Shown here: positions 63,968-64,000 of the stretch, in pieces | Position numbering within the stretch: the stretch's first letter is position 1 | Layout: each line of letters begins with the position of its first letter | NCBI GenBank assembly: GCA_038207335.1 | Contig: JBBQZX010000001.1 | Location: forward strand, 224,001-288,000 | Source of the DNA: Chthoniobacterales bacterium | GTDB lineage: Bacteria; Verrucomicrobiota; Verrucomicrobiia; Chthoniobacterales; Chthoniobacteraceae | Length of the DNA stretch: 64,000 nucleotides | Direction: 5' to 3' | The notes under the pieces: model-generated | Seen by the model: the letters and a program-made list of their open reading frames with translations, nothing else | Told to the model about the DNA's origin: nothing | The model's database searches: none | Translations under genes and position numbers: made by a program

Positions 63968-64000
63968 ATTGAATCATGGTTGAGGAATGACGCCGCGATT

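Noticed and set aside
1..64000. tRNA, rRNA, riboswitch, integrase or transposase
   Set aside because: None recognised by eye; intergenic gaps are short. A covariance-model scan would be needed to exclude small RNAs.

Overview
High-GC bacterial chromosome segment whose gene content (PVC-type heme-binding dehydrogenase, lamin-tail/CotH protein, ECF-like/Ser-Thr kinase/FGE protein, PTP-RpiB-GlyA fusion) suggests Verrucomicrobiota; the taxon is inferred, not shown. About 47 CDSs; no rRNA, tRNA, CRISPR array or transposase was recognised. Main blocks: (1) a degenerate ECF sigma / anti-sigma / lipoprotein / zinc-ribbon / orphan Pup-ligase-family (PafA/Dop) run at 8.5-12.3 kb; (2) an organoarsenic (arsenosugar-type) cluster at 24.3-35.7 kb, built as two convergent operons. 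It has ArsM-like and ArsS-like genes, both associated glycosyltransferase families, DUF547, a rhodanese, a flavoprotein, a hydrolase and an MFS, plus an extra radical SAM enzyme whose motifs resemble the lipid-tail-activating Tes/MJ0619 family. This is the best candidate for an undescribed system (possible arsenolipid synthesis); (3) a SWIM-SNF2 helicase, a 1711-aa PVC dehydrogenase carrying an in-frame REP-like doublet and a 42-bp tandem repeat, an Hsp70, uvrA and a TPR protein; (4) an alternative complex III + Sco + caa3-type (A2) cytochrome c oxidase operon at 52.1-64 kb. All family calls come from motif recognition by eye; no searches were run.
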